From the NCBI GenBank assembly GCA_963784535.1, contig CAWARR010000006.1, positions 1 to 64,000 on the forward strand: a stretch of DNA of 64,000 nucleotides, given 5' to 3'. A model generated the notes under the pieces. It saw nothing but the letters and a program-made list of their open reading frames with translations. It was not told the origin of the DNA and searched no databases. This stretch comes from an uncultured Actinomycetota bacterium (GTDB taxonomy: Bacteria > Actinomycetota > Actinomycetes > Actinomycetales > Kineosporiaceae). A program made the translations under genes and the position numbers. Positions 15,665 to 23,569 of the stretch are shown here, piece after piece; position 1 is the stretch's first letter; each line of letters opens with the position of its first letter.

Positions 15665-18625
15665 ATGACGTCGTGGACGGCGGTGGCCGCGGAGCACTTC
15701 GGGCTCGCCGGGCAGCGGGAGGCGCCGCTGCCCGGCGAGCGCACGGTGAACACGCTGATCGAGGCGGGGGACCGCCGCTACGTGCTGAAGGCGTCACCGG
15801 ACAGCGCCCGGGCCGAGGTGGAGCTCGAGGGCGCTGCTCTCGACCACCTCGCCGCCGCGGGGGTGGAGGTCGTCCCGCGGCTGGTGCGCACCGTCCAGGG
15901 TGACCCGCTCGCCCTGCACGCGGGCGCGGGCGGCGCCGCACTGCAGGCGGTGCAGCTGCTGACCTGGGTGCCCGGGCGGACCTGGGCGAGCACGGGCCCG
16001 CACCCGCGGGCCGCGCTGCGCGACCTCGGGCGGATGGTGGCCCGGGTCGATGCGGCGCTGGCCACCTTCACGCACCCGGCGCTCGCCCGGCCGCTGCCGT
16101 GGAACCTGGTGGGCGCGGCGCAGGCACGGGAGCTGCTGCCGCACGTGGCTGACCGCGACCGGCGGGCAGCGGCGGGGGCCGTGCTCGACCGGTTCGCCGC
16201 CCACACCGGTCCCCGGCTCGAGCAGTTGCCGGCGCAGGCGATCCACAACGACGCCAACGACGCCAACGTGGTCGTCGACGGCGACGGCACCGTGCGCGGG
16301 CTGATCGACTTCGGTGACGTGTGCGTGGCCCCGCGCATCTGCGGTCTCGCGGTTGCCGCCGCCTACGCCATGCCCGCCGGCGCCGACCCGGTGCGGGCGG
16401 TGCTGCCGCTGCTCGCCGGCTATCACGAGGTCGCGCCGCTGCGCCCGCAGGAGCTGGACCTGCTGCTCGACCTGGTGCGTGCCCGGCTGGCCCTGAGCAT
16501 CGCGATGGCGGGATGGCAGCACGGCCGCGACCCCGGCAACGACTACCTGGTGTCCAGCCAGGACGCCGTGTGGGCGTTGCTGCAGCGGCTCGCGGGCGTG
16601 GACGACCGCCTCGCCCTGTGCCAGGTGCGCGAGGCCTGCGGGTACGAGCCCGACCCAGGGGCGCGCGACCTGCGCCGGTACCTCGCCACGGCCACGCCGG
16701 CGGCGCTGCTCGGCAGGCCGCTGAGCGAGCTGTCGCGGTGGACCTTCGACTGGTCCGCCGGCTCCGGTGCGGCCTCCTGGACCCCGGACCGGCTGTTCGC
16801 GCACCTTGCGGAGCGCGGCGCGGAGGTCGGTCTGGGCCGCTACCTGGAGGACCGCGACGTCTACACCACTGACGCGTACGCGCCGGCGGACGGGTCGGGG
16901 GCGCGCCGCACGGTGCACCTGGGCGTCGACGTGTTCGTCCCGGCGGGGACCACGCTGCACGCGCCGCTGGATGCGGTGGTGCACGCCATGCACGACAACA
17001 CCGCCCCGCAGGACTACGGGCCGGTGGTGATCCTGGAGCACCGCGCCGGTGACGGCGGGAGGTTCTTCACCCTCTACGGGCACCTGTCCCGGGCCACCCT
17101 CGACGGGCTGGAGGTGGGCGCCGCCCTCGCGGCGGGCCAGCCCTTCGCCCGCGTGGGGGAGGAGCACGAGAACGGTGGTTGGGCGCCGCACGTGCACCTG
17201 CAGGTGCTCACCGACCTGGTCGGGCGCGGGGTCGACGTGCCCGGAGTGGCCGCCCGCGACGAGCTCGCCGTGTGGGAGAGCATCTGTCCCGACCCGAACC
17301 TGCTGCTCGGGGTTCCGGAGGGGACCCGGGCGGACCCCGGTCTGCGGCGGGCGGAGATCCTCCGCCGGCGCTCCACGTCGATGTCCGCCGCGCTCAGCCT
17401 GAGCTACGCCGAGCCGCTGCACATCGTCCGGGGTGAGGGTGCCTACCTGTACGACGGCCAGGCGCGGGGCTGGCTCGACCTGGTGAACAACGTCGCCCAC
17501 GTCGGGCACTGCCACCCGCGGGTGGTGGCGGCCGCAGTGGCGCAGCAGGCCCTGCTGAACACCAACACGCGGTACCTGCACGACGCAGTGGTCTCGTATG
17601 CGAGGCGGTTGGCGGGCACCCTGCCCGACCCGCTGTCGGTGGTGTTCCTGGTGAACTCCGGGTCGGAGGCGAACGACCTGGCGCTGCGACTCGCCTACGC
17701 CCACACCGGGTCGCGCGAGGTGGTGGTGCTCGACCACGCCTACCACGGCAACCTCACCTCGCTGATCGACGTCAGCCCCTACAAGTTCGACGGTCCCGGC
17801 GGCGCGGGCCGTCCCGAGCACACCCACGTGGTCGCGCTGCCGGACCGCTACCGGGGGCGGCTCGGGGATGGGGCCGAGCCGTACCTGGCCGACCTGGACC
17901 GGGTGCTGGCGGGGCTGGCGGCGCGGGGTAGCGGTGCGGCCGTGCTGCTCGCGGAGGCCATCCCGGGGACCGCCGGCCAGGTGGTGCTCGCCGACGGCTT
18001 CCTCTCCGGCGCCTACCACCGGGTGCGGGCCGCGGGCGGGGTGTGCATCGCCGACGAGGTGCAGACCGGGTTCGGCCGGGTCGGTGACGCGTTCTGGGCC
18101 TTCGAGCAGCACGGGGTCGTGCCTGACGTGGTGACCCTCGGCAAGCCCATCGGCAACGGGCACCCGATGGGAGCCGTGGTGACGACTCCGCAGATCGCGG
18201 CGTCCTTCGCCACCGGGATGGAGTACTTCAACACCTTCGGCGGCAATCCCGTGTCGGCCCGGGTCGGTCTCGCCGTGCTCGACGTGCTCGCGGACGAGCG
18301 GCTGCAGCTGCACGCCGCACGGGTGGGCCGGCGGCTGCGCGACGGGCTGGCGGCACTGCGCGAACGGCACCAGAGCGTCGGCGACGTGCGCGGCAGCGGA
18401 CTGTTCCTCGGCATCGAGCTCGTCAGCGACCGCGACCGTCGCACGCCCGCCACGGCCGCCGCGGCAGGCGTGGTGGAGGCGGTGAAGCGGCGCGGGGTGC
18501 TGCTGTCCAGCGACGGCCCGGACCACAACGTGTTGAAGATCAAGCCACCGATGGTGCTCGCCGAGGCCGACGCCGACCGGGTCGTCACCGTCCTGGACGA
18601 GGCGCTCGCCGAGCAGCCCGGCTGA
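15665..18625 (+). CDS. Tri-domain fusion protein: N-terminal APH-fold (hydroxylysine-kinase-like) phosphotransferase + central M23 peptidase domain + C-terminal class-III PLP aminotransferase-fold (phospho-lyase-like) domain
   Basis: 986-aa intact ORF; kinase motifs IHNDANDANVVVD and IDFGD; M23 motifs VHLGVDV and GGWAPHVHLQV; AT-III region LSLSYAEPLHIVRGEGAYLYD...VNNVAHVGHCHPRVV...VNSGSEANDLALRLA...DEVQTGFGRVG...TLGKPIGNGHPMGAV. Confidence 0.85.
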   Translation: MTSWTAVAAEHFGLAGQREAPLPGERTVNTLIEAGDRRYVLKASPDSARAEVELEGAALDHLAAAGVEVVPRLVRTVQGDPLALHAGAGGAALQAVQLLTWVPGRTWASTGPHPRAALRDLGRMVARVDAALATFTHPALARPLPWNLVGAAQARELLPHVADRDRRAAAGAVLDRFAAHTGPRLEQLPAQAIHNDANDANVVVDGDGTVRGLIDFGDVCVAPRICGLAVAAAYAMPAGADPVRAVLPLLAGYHEVAPLRPQELDLLLDLVRARLALSIAMAGWQHGRDPGNDYLVSSQDAVWALLQRLAGVDDRLALCQVREACGYEPDPGARDLRRYLATATPAALLGRPLSELSRWTFDWSAGSGAASWTPDRLFAHLAERGAEVGLGRYLEDRDVYTTDAYAPADGSGARRTVHLGVDVFVPAGTTLHAPLDAVVHAMHDNTAPQDYGPVVILEHRAGDGGRFFTLYGHLSRATLDGLEVGAALAAGQPFARVGEEHENGGWAPHVHLQVLTDLVGRGVDVPGVAARDELAVWESICPDPNLLLGVPEGTRADPGLRRAEILRRRSTSMSAALSLSYAEPLHIVRGEGAYLYDGQARGWLDLVNNVAHVGHCHPRVVAAAVAQQALLNTNTRYLHDAVVSYARRLAGTLPDPLSVVFLVNSGSEANDLALRLAYAHTGSREVVVLDHAYHGNLTSLIDVSPYKFDGPGGAGRPEHTHVVALPDRYRGRLGDGAEPYLADLDRVLAGLAARGSGAAVLLAEAIPGTAGQVVLADGFLSGAYHRVRAAGGVCIADEVQTGFGRVGDAFWAFEQHGVVPDVVTLGKPIGNGHPMGAVVTTPQIAASFATGMEYFNTFGGNPVSARVGLAVLDVLADERLQLHAARVGRRLRDGLAALRERHQSVGDVRGSGLFLGIELVSDRDRRTPATAAAAGVVEAVKRRGVLLSSDGPDHNVLKIKPPMVLAEADADRVVTVLDEALAEQPG

Positions 18626-18681
18626 GGCGCCGCCCCTGCCGATCCGGCAACCACCGACGCCTCGGTAGGCTCTCGCCTGCC

Positions 18682-18755
18682 GGGGCGGTAGCTCAGCCGG
18701 TCAGAGCAGCGGACTCATAATCCGTCGGTCGTGGGTTCGAGCCCCACCCGCCCCA
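18682..18755 (+). tRNA. tRNA-Met (anticodon CAT; elongator type, G1-C72; could alternatively be lysidine-modified tRNA-Ile2)
   Basis: GGGGCGG-TA-GCTC-AGCCGGTCA-GAGC-A-GCGGA-CTCATAA-TCCGT-CGGTC-GTGGG-TTCGAGC-CCCAC-CCGCCCC-A. Confidence 0.85.
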
Positions 18756-18802
18756 CGCTGGACTCTTGGTGCGAAATGGCCCGCCGGGGGTCGCTGACAG
18801 TC

Positions 18803-18822
18803 ATGGTACCAAAATGGTACCA
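18803..18822. promoter_or_regulatory. Candidate operator: tandem palindromes TGGTACCA-AAA-TGGTACCA just upstream of the RHH antitoxin start
   Basis: catggtaccaaaatggtaccat at 18801-18823, 8 bp upstream of ATG 18831; AT-richer than surroundings. Confidence 0.5.
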
Positions 18823-18830
18823 TCGGCCCC

Positions 18831-19037
18831 ATGGGACTTAACCTGCGCACCACCCCTGAGGACGACGAGATGCTTGATCGACTCGCGGCAGGGTGGGGTA
18901 TGAGCAAGCAGCAAGCGCTGCTGCGGGCTGCCCGAGTGGCTGCGGATCAGCTGGAGGCCGATCGGCGCTACGAGGAGTCCTCCGGTCGCATGCGCGAGCG
19001 GTGGGCGCAGACGCTGGAGATCTTGGCTGAGTCGTGA
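18831..19037 (+). CDS. Ribbon-helix-helix (CopG-like) antitoxin paired with Doc toxin
   Basis: 68 aa, MGLNLRTTPEDDEMLDRLAAGWGMSKQQALLRAARVAADQ...; 4-bp overlap (GTGA) with downstream Doc gene. Confidence 0.7.
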   Translation: MGLNLRTTPEDDEMLDRLAAGWGMSKQQALLRAARVAADQLEADRRYEESSGRMRERWAQTLEILAES

Positions 19038-19453
19038 TCGTGTATCCGACCGTGGAGCAGGTTCTCGCTGACTGCTCCCGGATGGGCTTGCAGGCCCGTG
19101 ATCCCGGGCTGCTGGACTCTGCACTCCATCGACCCCAGTCGCGTTTCGGCGGCAGGGACATCTACCCGACGATCTCGCTGAAGGCGGCGGCGCTGCTGCA
19201 TTCCCTGGTCCGCAATCACCCACTCGTGGACGGCAACAAGAGACTCGCTTGGCTGGTGACGGTGATCTTCCTGGACCTGAACGGTTGGTGCTCGACGCTG
19301 AGCACCGTCGAAGCCGCTGAGCTCGTACTCCGGGTGGTGGTGAACCACGAGTTCACCCTCGGACAGATCGAGGCGGACTTGAAGTTGGCCCCTACACACC
19401 ATGACCCGACTATGGCCGAACTCCCAGCGCCGCCTCGGCCGTGGCGACCTTGA
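19034..19453 (+). CDS. Doc/Fic-family toxin (death-on-curing kinase)
   Basis: Contains the Doc signature HPLVDGNKRLAW (HxFx[D/N]GNKR); 139 aa ORF, C-terminal end uncertain. Confidence 0.75.
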   Translation: MIVYPTVEQVLADCSRMGLQARDPGLLDSALHRPQSRFGGRDIYPTISLKAAALLHSLVRNHPLVDGNKRLAWLVTVIFLDLNGWCSTLSTVEAAELVLRVVVNHEFTLGQIEADLKLAPTHHDPTMAELPAPPRPWRP

Positions 19454-19913
19454 GGTAGAGCCGCATGCTCCCGGTGATCGGAACGAAATCGTGCCGGCGG
19501 TAGAAAGCGTGCGCGCCGTCGTCGATGGCGCCGACGATGATCAGTCGTCCGCCGCCGGAACGGGCGGCCTCGACGACTTGTTCGAGGGCGTTCACGAGCA
19601 GCTCGCTGCCCAGGCCCTGTCGTTGCAGGCGCTCGTCGAGGGCAAGCCGGGCGAGTAGGTAGCCTGGAATGACCGTGTACCCGCCGGACAGCGACCGCGT
19701 CACCTCCGCGCGGGCGACCTGGGTGGGCGCGATCGAGTAGTAGGCGAGCACCTCCGGGCTGTCGGCCTGGGTCCAGACGTAGGTGCGGGCGGTGCGCGCG
19801 GCCTGGGCCCGTTGTGCCTGGCCGCGGAGCCAATCGTCCAGGGGCGGCTTGCCGCAGCGGAGGGCCCCGACCTCATGATCGGGGCCCAACGCGACGCAGA
19901 TGTAATCGCTCAC
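19410..19913 (-). CDS. GNAT-family acetyltransferase toxin (TacT/AtaT-like)
   Basis: 167 aa; ...YYSIAPTQVARAEV...LLARLALDERLQRQGLGSELLVNALEQV...AIDDGAHAFYRRHDFVP; start overlaps upstream DUF1778 gene stop (ATGA). Confidence 0.7.
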   Translation of the reverse strand: MSDYICVALGPDHEVGALRCGKPPLDDWLRGQAQRAQAARTARTYVWTQADSPEVLAYYSIAPTQVARAEVTRSLSGGYTVIPGYLLARLALDERLQRQGLGSELLVNALEQVVEAARSGGGRLIIVGAIDDGAHAFYRRHDFVPITGSMRLYLKVATAEAALGVRP

Positions 19914-20179
19914 CCGCGGGCGACCCTCCTCGGTGCCCTCGCCGCGGCTCGAAGGCGGGGCGCCTCGTCCGCCGCATCCAGGGAGCTCAGCAGCAGATCG
20001 AACTGCTCGGGCGCCATCAGGGTCGTATCCGCGCGGGCCAGCACGGCATCGGCCTCACGCCGGGCGGCGCCGAGCACGAAGGCGGACATGGACTGCCCCA
20101 GCAGGCTCGCAGCCTGGGTGATCCGTTCCTCGCTGTCCTGGTCTGCGCGCATCTCTATCCGACGGGTCTTGGTAGCCAT
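19910..20179 (-). CDS. DUF1778-family antitoxin (TacA-like) partner of GNAT toxin
   Basis: 89 aa MATKTRRIEMRADQDSEERITQAASLLGQSMSAFVLGAARREADAVLARADTTLMAPEQFDLLLSSLDAADEAP...; ATG at 20177-20179 (cat on plus strand). Confidence 0.7.
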   Translation of the reverse strand: MATKTRRIEMRADQDSEERITQAASLLGQSMSAFVLGAARREADAVLARADTTLMAPEQFDLLLSSLDAADEAPRLRAAARAPRRVARG

Positions 20180-20463
20180 CTCAGTCCCCACTCTCGACAC
20201 CTTGAATGTACGGCATTTGTACGGCGGTCGACAAGTGGGGACCCTTCGTCCGCACTGAATACGCGTCGCATCGGATCCGCAGGGGGCTACCCCTTGGTCG
20301 TGGCCCGCCGAGACCGAGCCGGGCTCACTGGCAGTGAGTCGCCCCGCACGGGCACGTGGCGTTTCGCATTCTGGTACGTCGGGCCCACAACGTCCCCTGC
20401 CGGGCGAGACGTCCGCCGAGTTGGAGGAGCAACGCGGGGTGCGTGGCTCTTCCGGGGCTGGCG

Positions 20464-20855
20464 TGATCGTTGTCGACGCTTCCGCTCTGACGGACGCACT
20501 GGTCGATGACGGACCTGTAGGCGAATCGGCGCGCGCGCACCTGCGGGCGGATCCGCAATGGGCGGCGCCCGCCCATCTGCTGGTCGAGGTGGTATCAGCG
20601 ATCCGCGGCAAGGCGCTCGGCGGGAAGCTGGTGGCGGCCCGCGCGGGGGAGGCGATCGCCGCGTTGCCGCAGCTGGTCATCGTCCAGGTCAGCGTGGCGC
20701 AGTTGGTCGATCGGATGTGGCAGTTGCGGGGGAACCTCACGGCGGATGGCGCTGCCTACGTCGCAGCCGCGGAGGCCCTGGACTGTCCGCTGGTCACCGG
20801 CGATGGTCGCCTAGCCAAGGCCAGCGGGATCACATGCGAGGTTCGGGTGCTCTGA
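20464..20855 (+). CDS. PIN-domain toxin (VapC-like); start taken at GTG 20463-20465 (VIVVDASAL...) rather than track ATG 20334
   Basis: VIVVDASALTDALVDDGPVGESARAHL...HLLVEVVSAIRGKALGGKLVAARAGEAIAALPQLVIVQVSVAQLVDRMWQLRGNLTADGAAYVAAAEALDCPLVTGDGRLA; PIN acidic residues present. Confidence 0.65.
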
Positions 20856-20964
20856 ACGTCGGCGTCTGTCGCAGTGTGCCAGACGTGGGGTCGGCGCCTC
20901 TGGCGGTAGGCGGGCCGCACAGTACTGGCGACTCAGTGGTCGCCGCCCGCCGCCGAGGTCTCCG

Positions 20965-21447
20965 CTACGGGGCGTCGTGTCGCTGTTCGAACCGCACGAA
21001 CGGGGTGTGCCGTCCGACGGCGGCCCAGTCCGCGTCGGACCCGTCCACCCGGTATCCCATGATCTTCACCAGCGAGCGGGCAGCTCTGGCGTGGGCTCGG
21101 GCGTAGCGGGTCATGAGGGCGGCGCACTCGTCGGGGGCGAGCGGAACGGCGTGCACGGCGTGGTCGCGCCCGGCGGTGCGGATGGTGATGTCGGGATGGG
21201 CGAGGACGTTGCGGTACCAGTCCGCCCTCGTCCCGAAGCCGGACGCCGCGGTCCAACTCCCCGACTCGCGCTGGACCACCTCGACCACGGCGGTGCGGCG
21301 GCGACCGCTGATGCGCCCGACGTGGCGCAGCAGCATGAACCGGGAGCCGAGCATCCACCCCAGATGCGCCCGGTACAGCTGGACCGGCAGCCGCCAGATC
21401 AGCCGGGAGAATCCGGTCGGCGGCGATGGCTCCTTGATGACCTTCAC
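20965..21447 (-). CDS. Nitroreductase-family deazaflavin (F420)-dependent oxidoreductase (DUF385/PNPOx-like)
   Basis: 160 aa from GTG (cac 21445-21447) with GGAGG RBS: VKVIKEPSPPTGFSRLIWRLPVQLYRAHLGWMLGSRFMLLRHVGRISGRRRTAVVEVV...RADWYRNVLAHPDITIRTAGRDHAV. Confidence 0.75.
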   Translation of the reverse strand: MKVIKEPSPPTGFSRLIWRLPVQLYRAHLGWMLGSRFMLLRHVGRISGRRRTAVVEVVQRESGSWTAASGFGTRADWYRNVLAHPDITIRTAGRDHAVHAVPLAPDECAALMTRYARAHARAARSLVKIMGYRVDGSDADWAAVGRHTPFVRFEQRHDAP

Positions 21448-21555
21448 TGTTGCCTCCCGCCGAGCAGGTCGCCGAGGCAGTCGAGGGCCTCGACGACGGG
21501 AATGGAGCAGTGACTCGTCCGGCCCACGCTGAACCTTGCGCGACGAGCCGCACCG

Positions 21556-21728
21556 GTGGCGGAGGATGACGAGCTGCTGGACAGACTCGCAGCGGGGTGG
21601 GGCGTCAGCAAACAGCAGGCGCTGCTGCGCGCTGCCCCTGGCCGAGTCGTGATCGCCTACCCCACCCTGGAGCAGCATCAGGGTTCGACGGCAACCGTTG
21701 CGGCGGGTCCCGTGACTACCATCCCGGG
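21556..21728 (+). pseudogene. Internally deleted second copy of the RHH-antitoxin/Doc module (antitoxin N-terminus fused directly to the first residues of Doc), then out of frame
   Basis: MAEDDELLDRLAAGWGVSKQQALLRAA|PGRVVIAYPTLEQ... versus intact copy ...EDDEMLDRLAAGWGMSKQQALLRAA...ILAES / MIVYPTVEQ...; ~80% nt identity over 18849-18935 vs 21566-21650. Confidence 0.6.
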
Positions 21729-22016
21729 GTGGACTTCAGCCGAGAACTGCGCGCCGAGGTGCTGTCGGGCGACATCACCGTGACGTTCCGGCTCTGGCGC
21801 ACCCCGAAGGTGAGGGTGGGTGGTCGTTACCGGGTTGAATCCGGGCAGATCGAGGTGGATTCGATCGAGATGGTGCCGTTCGCCGGGATCGATGAGCCGG
21901 ACGTGACCCGCAGCGGCGAGGCGGACCTGGAGTCCCTGCGTCGGCGCGCGGCTCACGCGGGCCCGATCCACGACGACACCCTGCTCTACCGGATCGAGTT
22001 CCACGTCATCGAGTAG
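21729..22016 (+). CDS. ASCH (PUA-like) domain protein
   Basis: VDFSRELRAEVLSGDITVTFRLWRTPKVRVGGRYRVESGQIEVDSIEMVPFAGIDEPDVTRSGE...LLYRIEFHVIE; GTG 21729 in frame; N-terminal boundary uncertain. Confidence 0.5.
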   Translation: MDFSRELRAEVLSGDITVTFRLWRTPKVRVGGRYRVESGQIEVDSIEMVPFAGIDEPDVTRSGEADLESLRRRAAHAGPIHDDTLLYRIEFHVIE

Positions 22017-22119
22017 TCGGGCCGACCTGTCGACGCCGGCAAGCCTGCCGACGTCCCCACGAGGTCCGCAGGACCCCAGCGCTGAGTCGGCTCGGCGGAG
22101 GTCGCCCCCGAGCGTGTGG

Positions 22120-23367
22120 CTACCGTGCCGCGGCGGGTTCCTCCCGCGGGGCGGCGGTGGGTTCGCCGTCGGCGCGGGCGGTGAACTGCTCGAGCAGGGG
22201 TTGCCAGCGGGCCAGCCGGGTGGCGTCGAGGTACCCCTCGGCGGGGGCATCGACGGTGGGGACGGTTCCTGCGGCCGCGTGCCGGGCATAGCTGAGCAGG
22301 AGGCCGGCGGGCGTGGCGGCCTGCTCGTGCGGGTCGGCGGGCAGGTCGGCGACGGCCTGGACCACGGGGTCGGGGAATCCCCACAGCCCGAGCAGATAGG
22401 CGGAGGCCCGGGTGGGTGCGCACCCGAAGTGCGCTGCGCACGCCTGGTGCAGCGCCCAGGGGTCGCCGGGTGGGGCTTGTCGTGCGGCCTGCCACTGCTG
22501 GGGGTTGGTGGCGGCCAGGACGGGCAGCCCGATGTGGTGCAGCAGCCCGGCCATGAACACGTCGGCCACGGCCTCGGCCGGCCAGGCCTCGGCCTCGGCG
22601 ATGCGGCGGGCGGCGGTGGCGACCAGCAGCCCGTGCGTGGACAGTTGGGTGGCGTCCAGTCCGGGTGGCAGCTTCGGGCCGGAGGCGAAGATCCCTCCGG
22701 CCATGGCCAGCGCCTGCATGGTCCCCACCCCGAGCAGGGTGACCGCCTGGCCCACCGACGTCACCCGGGTAGGAAGCCCGAAGAAGGAGGAGTTGACCAG
22801 CCGCAGCACCTCGGCGCTGGTCGTCAGGTCGCTGCGGATGACGGTGATCAGGTCGTCGATGTCGTAGTCGGGGTCGGCGGTCACCGCGGTCATCCGCTGG
22901 TAGATCTGCGGCGGCTTCGGTAGGGCGGTGACCCCGCCGAGCAGGTCCCGCAGCCGTTCGTCGGCGACCAGGTTCCGCGCGGCCAGCACCCGGTCCACGG
23001 CGGCGGCCAGCTCGCGGTGGTCGATGGGCTTGGACAGGAACTGCTGAGTGGCGCCGACCGCGGTGATCACCAGGTCCCGGTCGGCATACCCGGACAGCAC
23101 CAGTCGCGCCACCGCGGGATACCGGTCGCGGACGATGGCCAGCAGTTGCGCGCCGTCCATCTCCGGCATCCGCACGTCCGAGACGACCACGTCGACCCGC
23201 TCGGCGGCCAGCACCTCCAACGCCTCCGCGCCGCTGCCGGCGAACAGCGTTCGCCACGCCGGGCGGGCGGAGTGCAGGGCTCGCCGCAGTCCGGACAGCA
23301 CGCCCGGTTCGTCGTCGACGAACAACACCACTGCCGCCGCGCCCTCCGGCTCCGGGTCTGCTCCCAT
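22120..23367 (-). CDS. Response regulator: receiver (REC) domain fused to HDOD (HD-related output) domain
   Basis: [18 protein letters not shown]...[37 protein letters not shown] (REC, Asp-containing), then [39 protein letters not shown] (HDOD); start set at ATG giving MGADPEPEG... Confidence 0.8.
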   Translation of the reverse strand: MGADPEPEGAAAVVLFVDDEPGVLSGLRRALHSARPAWRTLFAGSGAEALEVLAAERVDVVVSDVRMPEMDGAQLLAIVRDRYPAVARLVLSGYADRDLVITAVGATQQFLSKPIDHRELAAAVDRVLAARNLVADERLRDLLGGVTALPKPPQIYQRMTAVTADPDYDIDDLITVIRSDLTTSAEVLRLVNSSFFGLPTRVTSVGQAVTLLGVGTMQALAMAGGIFASGPKLPPGLDATQLSTHGLLVATAARRIAEAEAWPAEAVADVFMAGLLHHIGLPVLAATNPQQWQAARQAPPGDPWALHQACAAHFGCAPTRASAYLLGLWGFPDPVVQAVADLPADPHEQAATPAGLLLSYARHAAAGTVPTVDAPAEGYLDATRLARWQPLLEQFTARADGEPTAAPREEPAAAR

Positions 23368-23569
23368 GCTTCGGGGTATCGGCCGGCACCTGCCGGGACG
23401 TGAGCCGCTACGCGGCCACGGCCACGGCGACGGCGACCCCGGGCCCAGTTGGTGGGCCCGCCCGCCGGCCGCGGCGGCTTCAGTTCCTCCCTCTGCGGTC
23501 CGACACCAGCAGTGGTGCATTCACCCGAGGGCACGGGGCCATACCGGTCGTGAGAGGAAGTCGAACGCG

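Noticed and set aside
13276-15753. 825-aa minus-strand ORF
   Set aside because: Chimeric: only its 3' third (13428-14067) is the methyltransferase; the remainder is antisense to the malic enzyme gene.
15794-18526. 910-aa minus-strand ORF opposite the kinase/M23/aminotransferase fusion gene
   Set aside because: Antisense shadow ORF with Arg/Gly/His-rich low-complexity translation; the plus strand carries unmistakable catalytic motifs.
18755-22120. Integrase, transposase or att direct repeat defining the tRNA-Met islet
   Set aside because: No integrase/recombinase-like ORF, and no copy of the tRNA 3' end was found downstream by eye; the islet is therefore described only as TA-rich accessory DNA, not as a defined integrative element.
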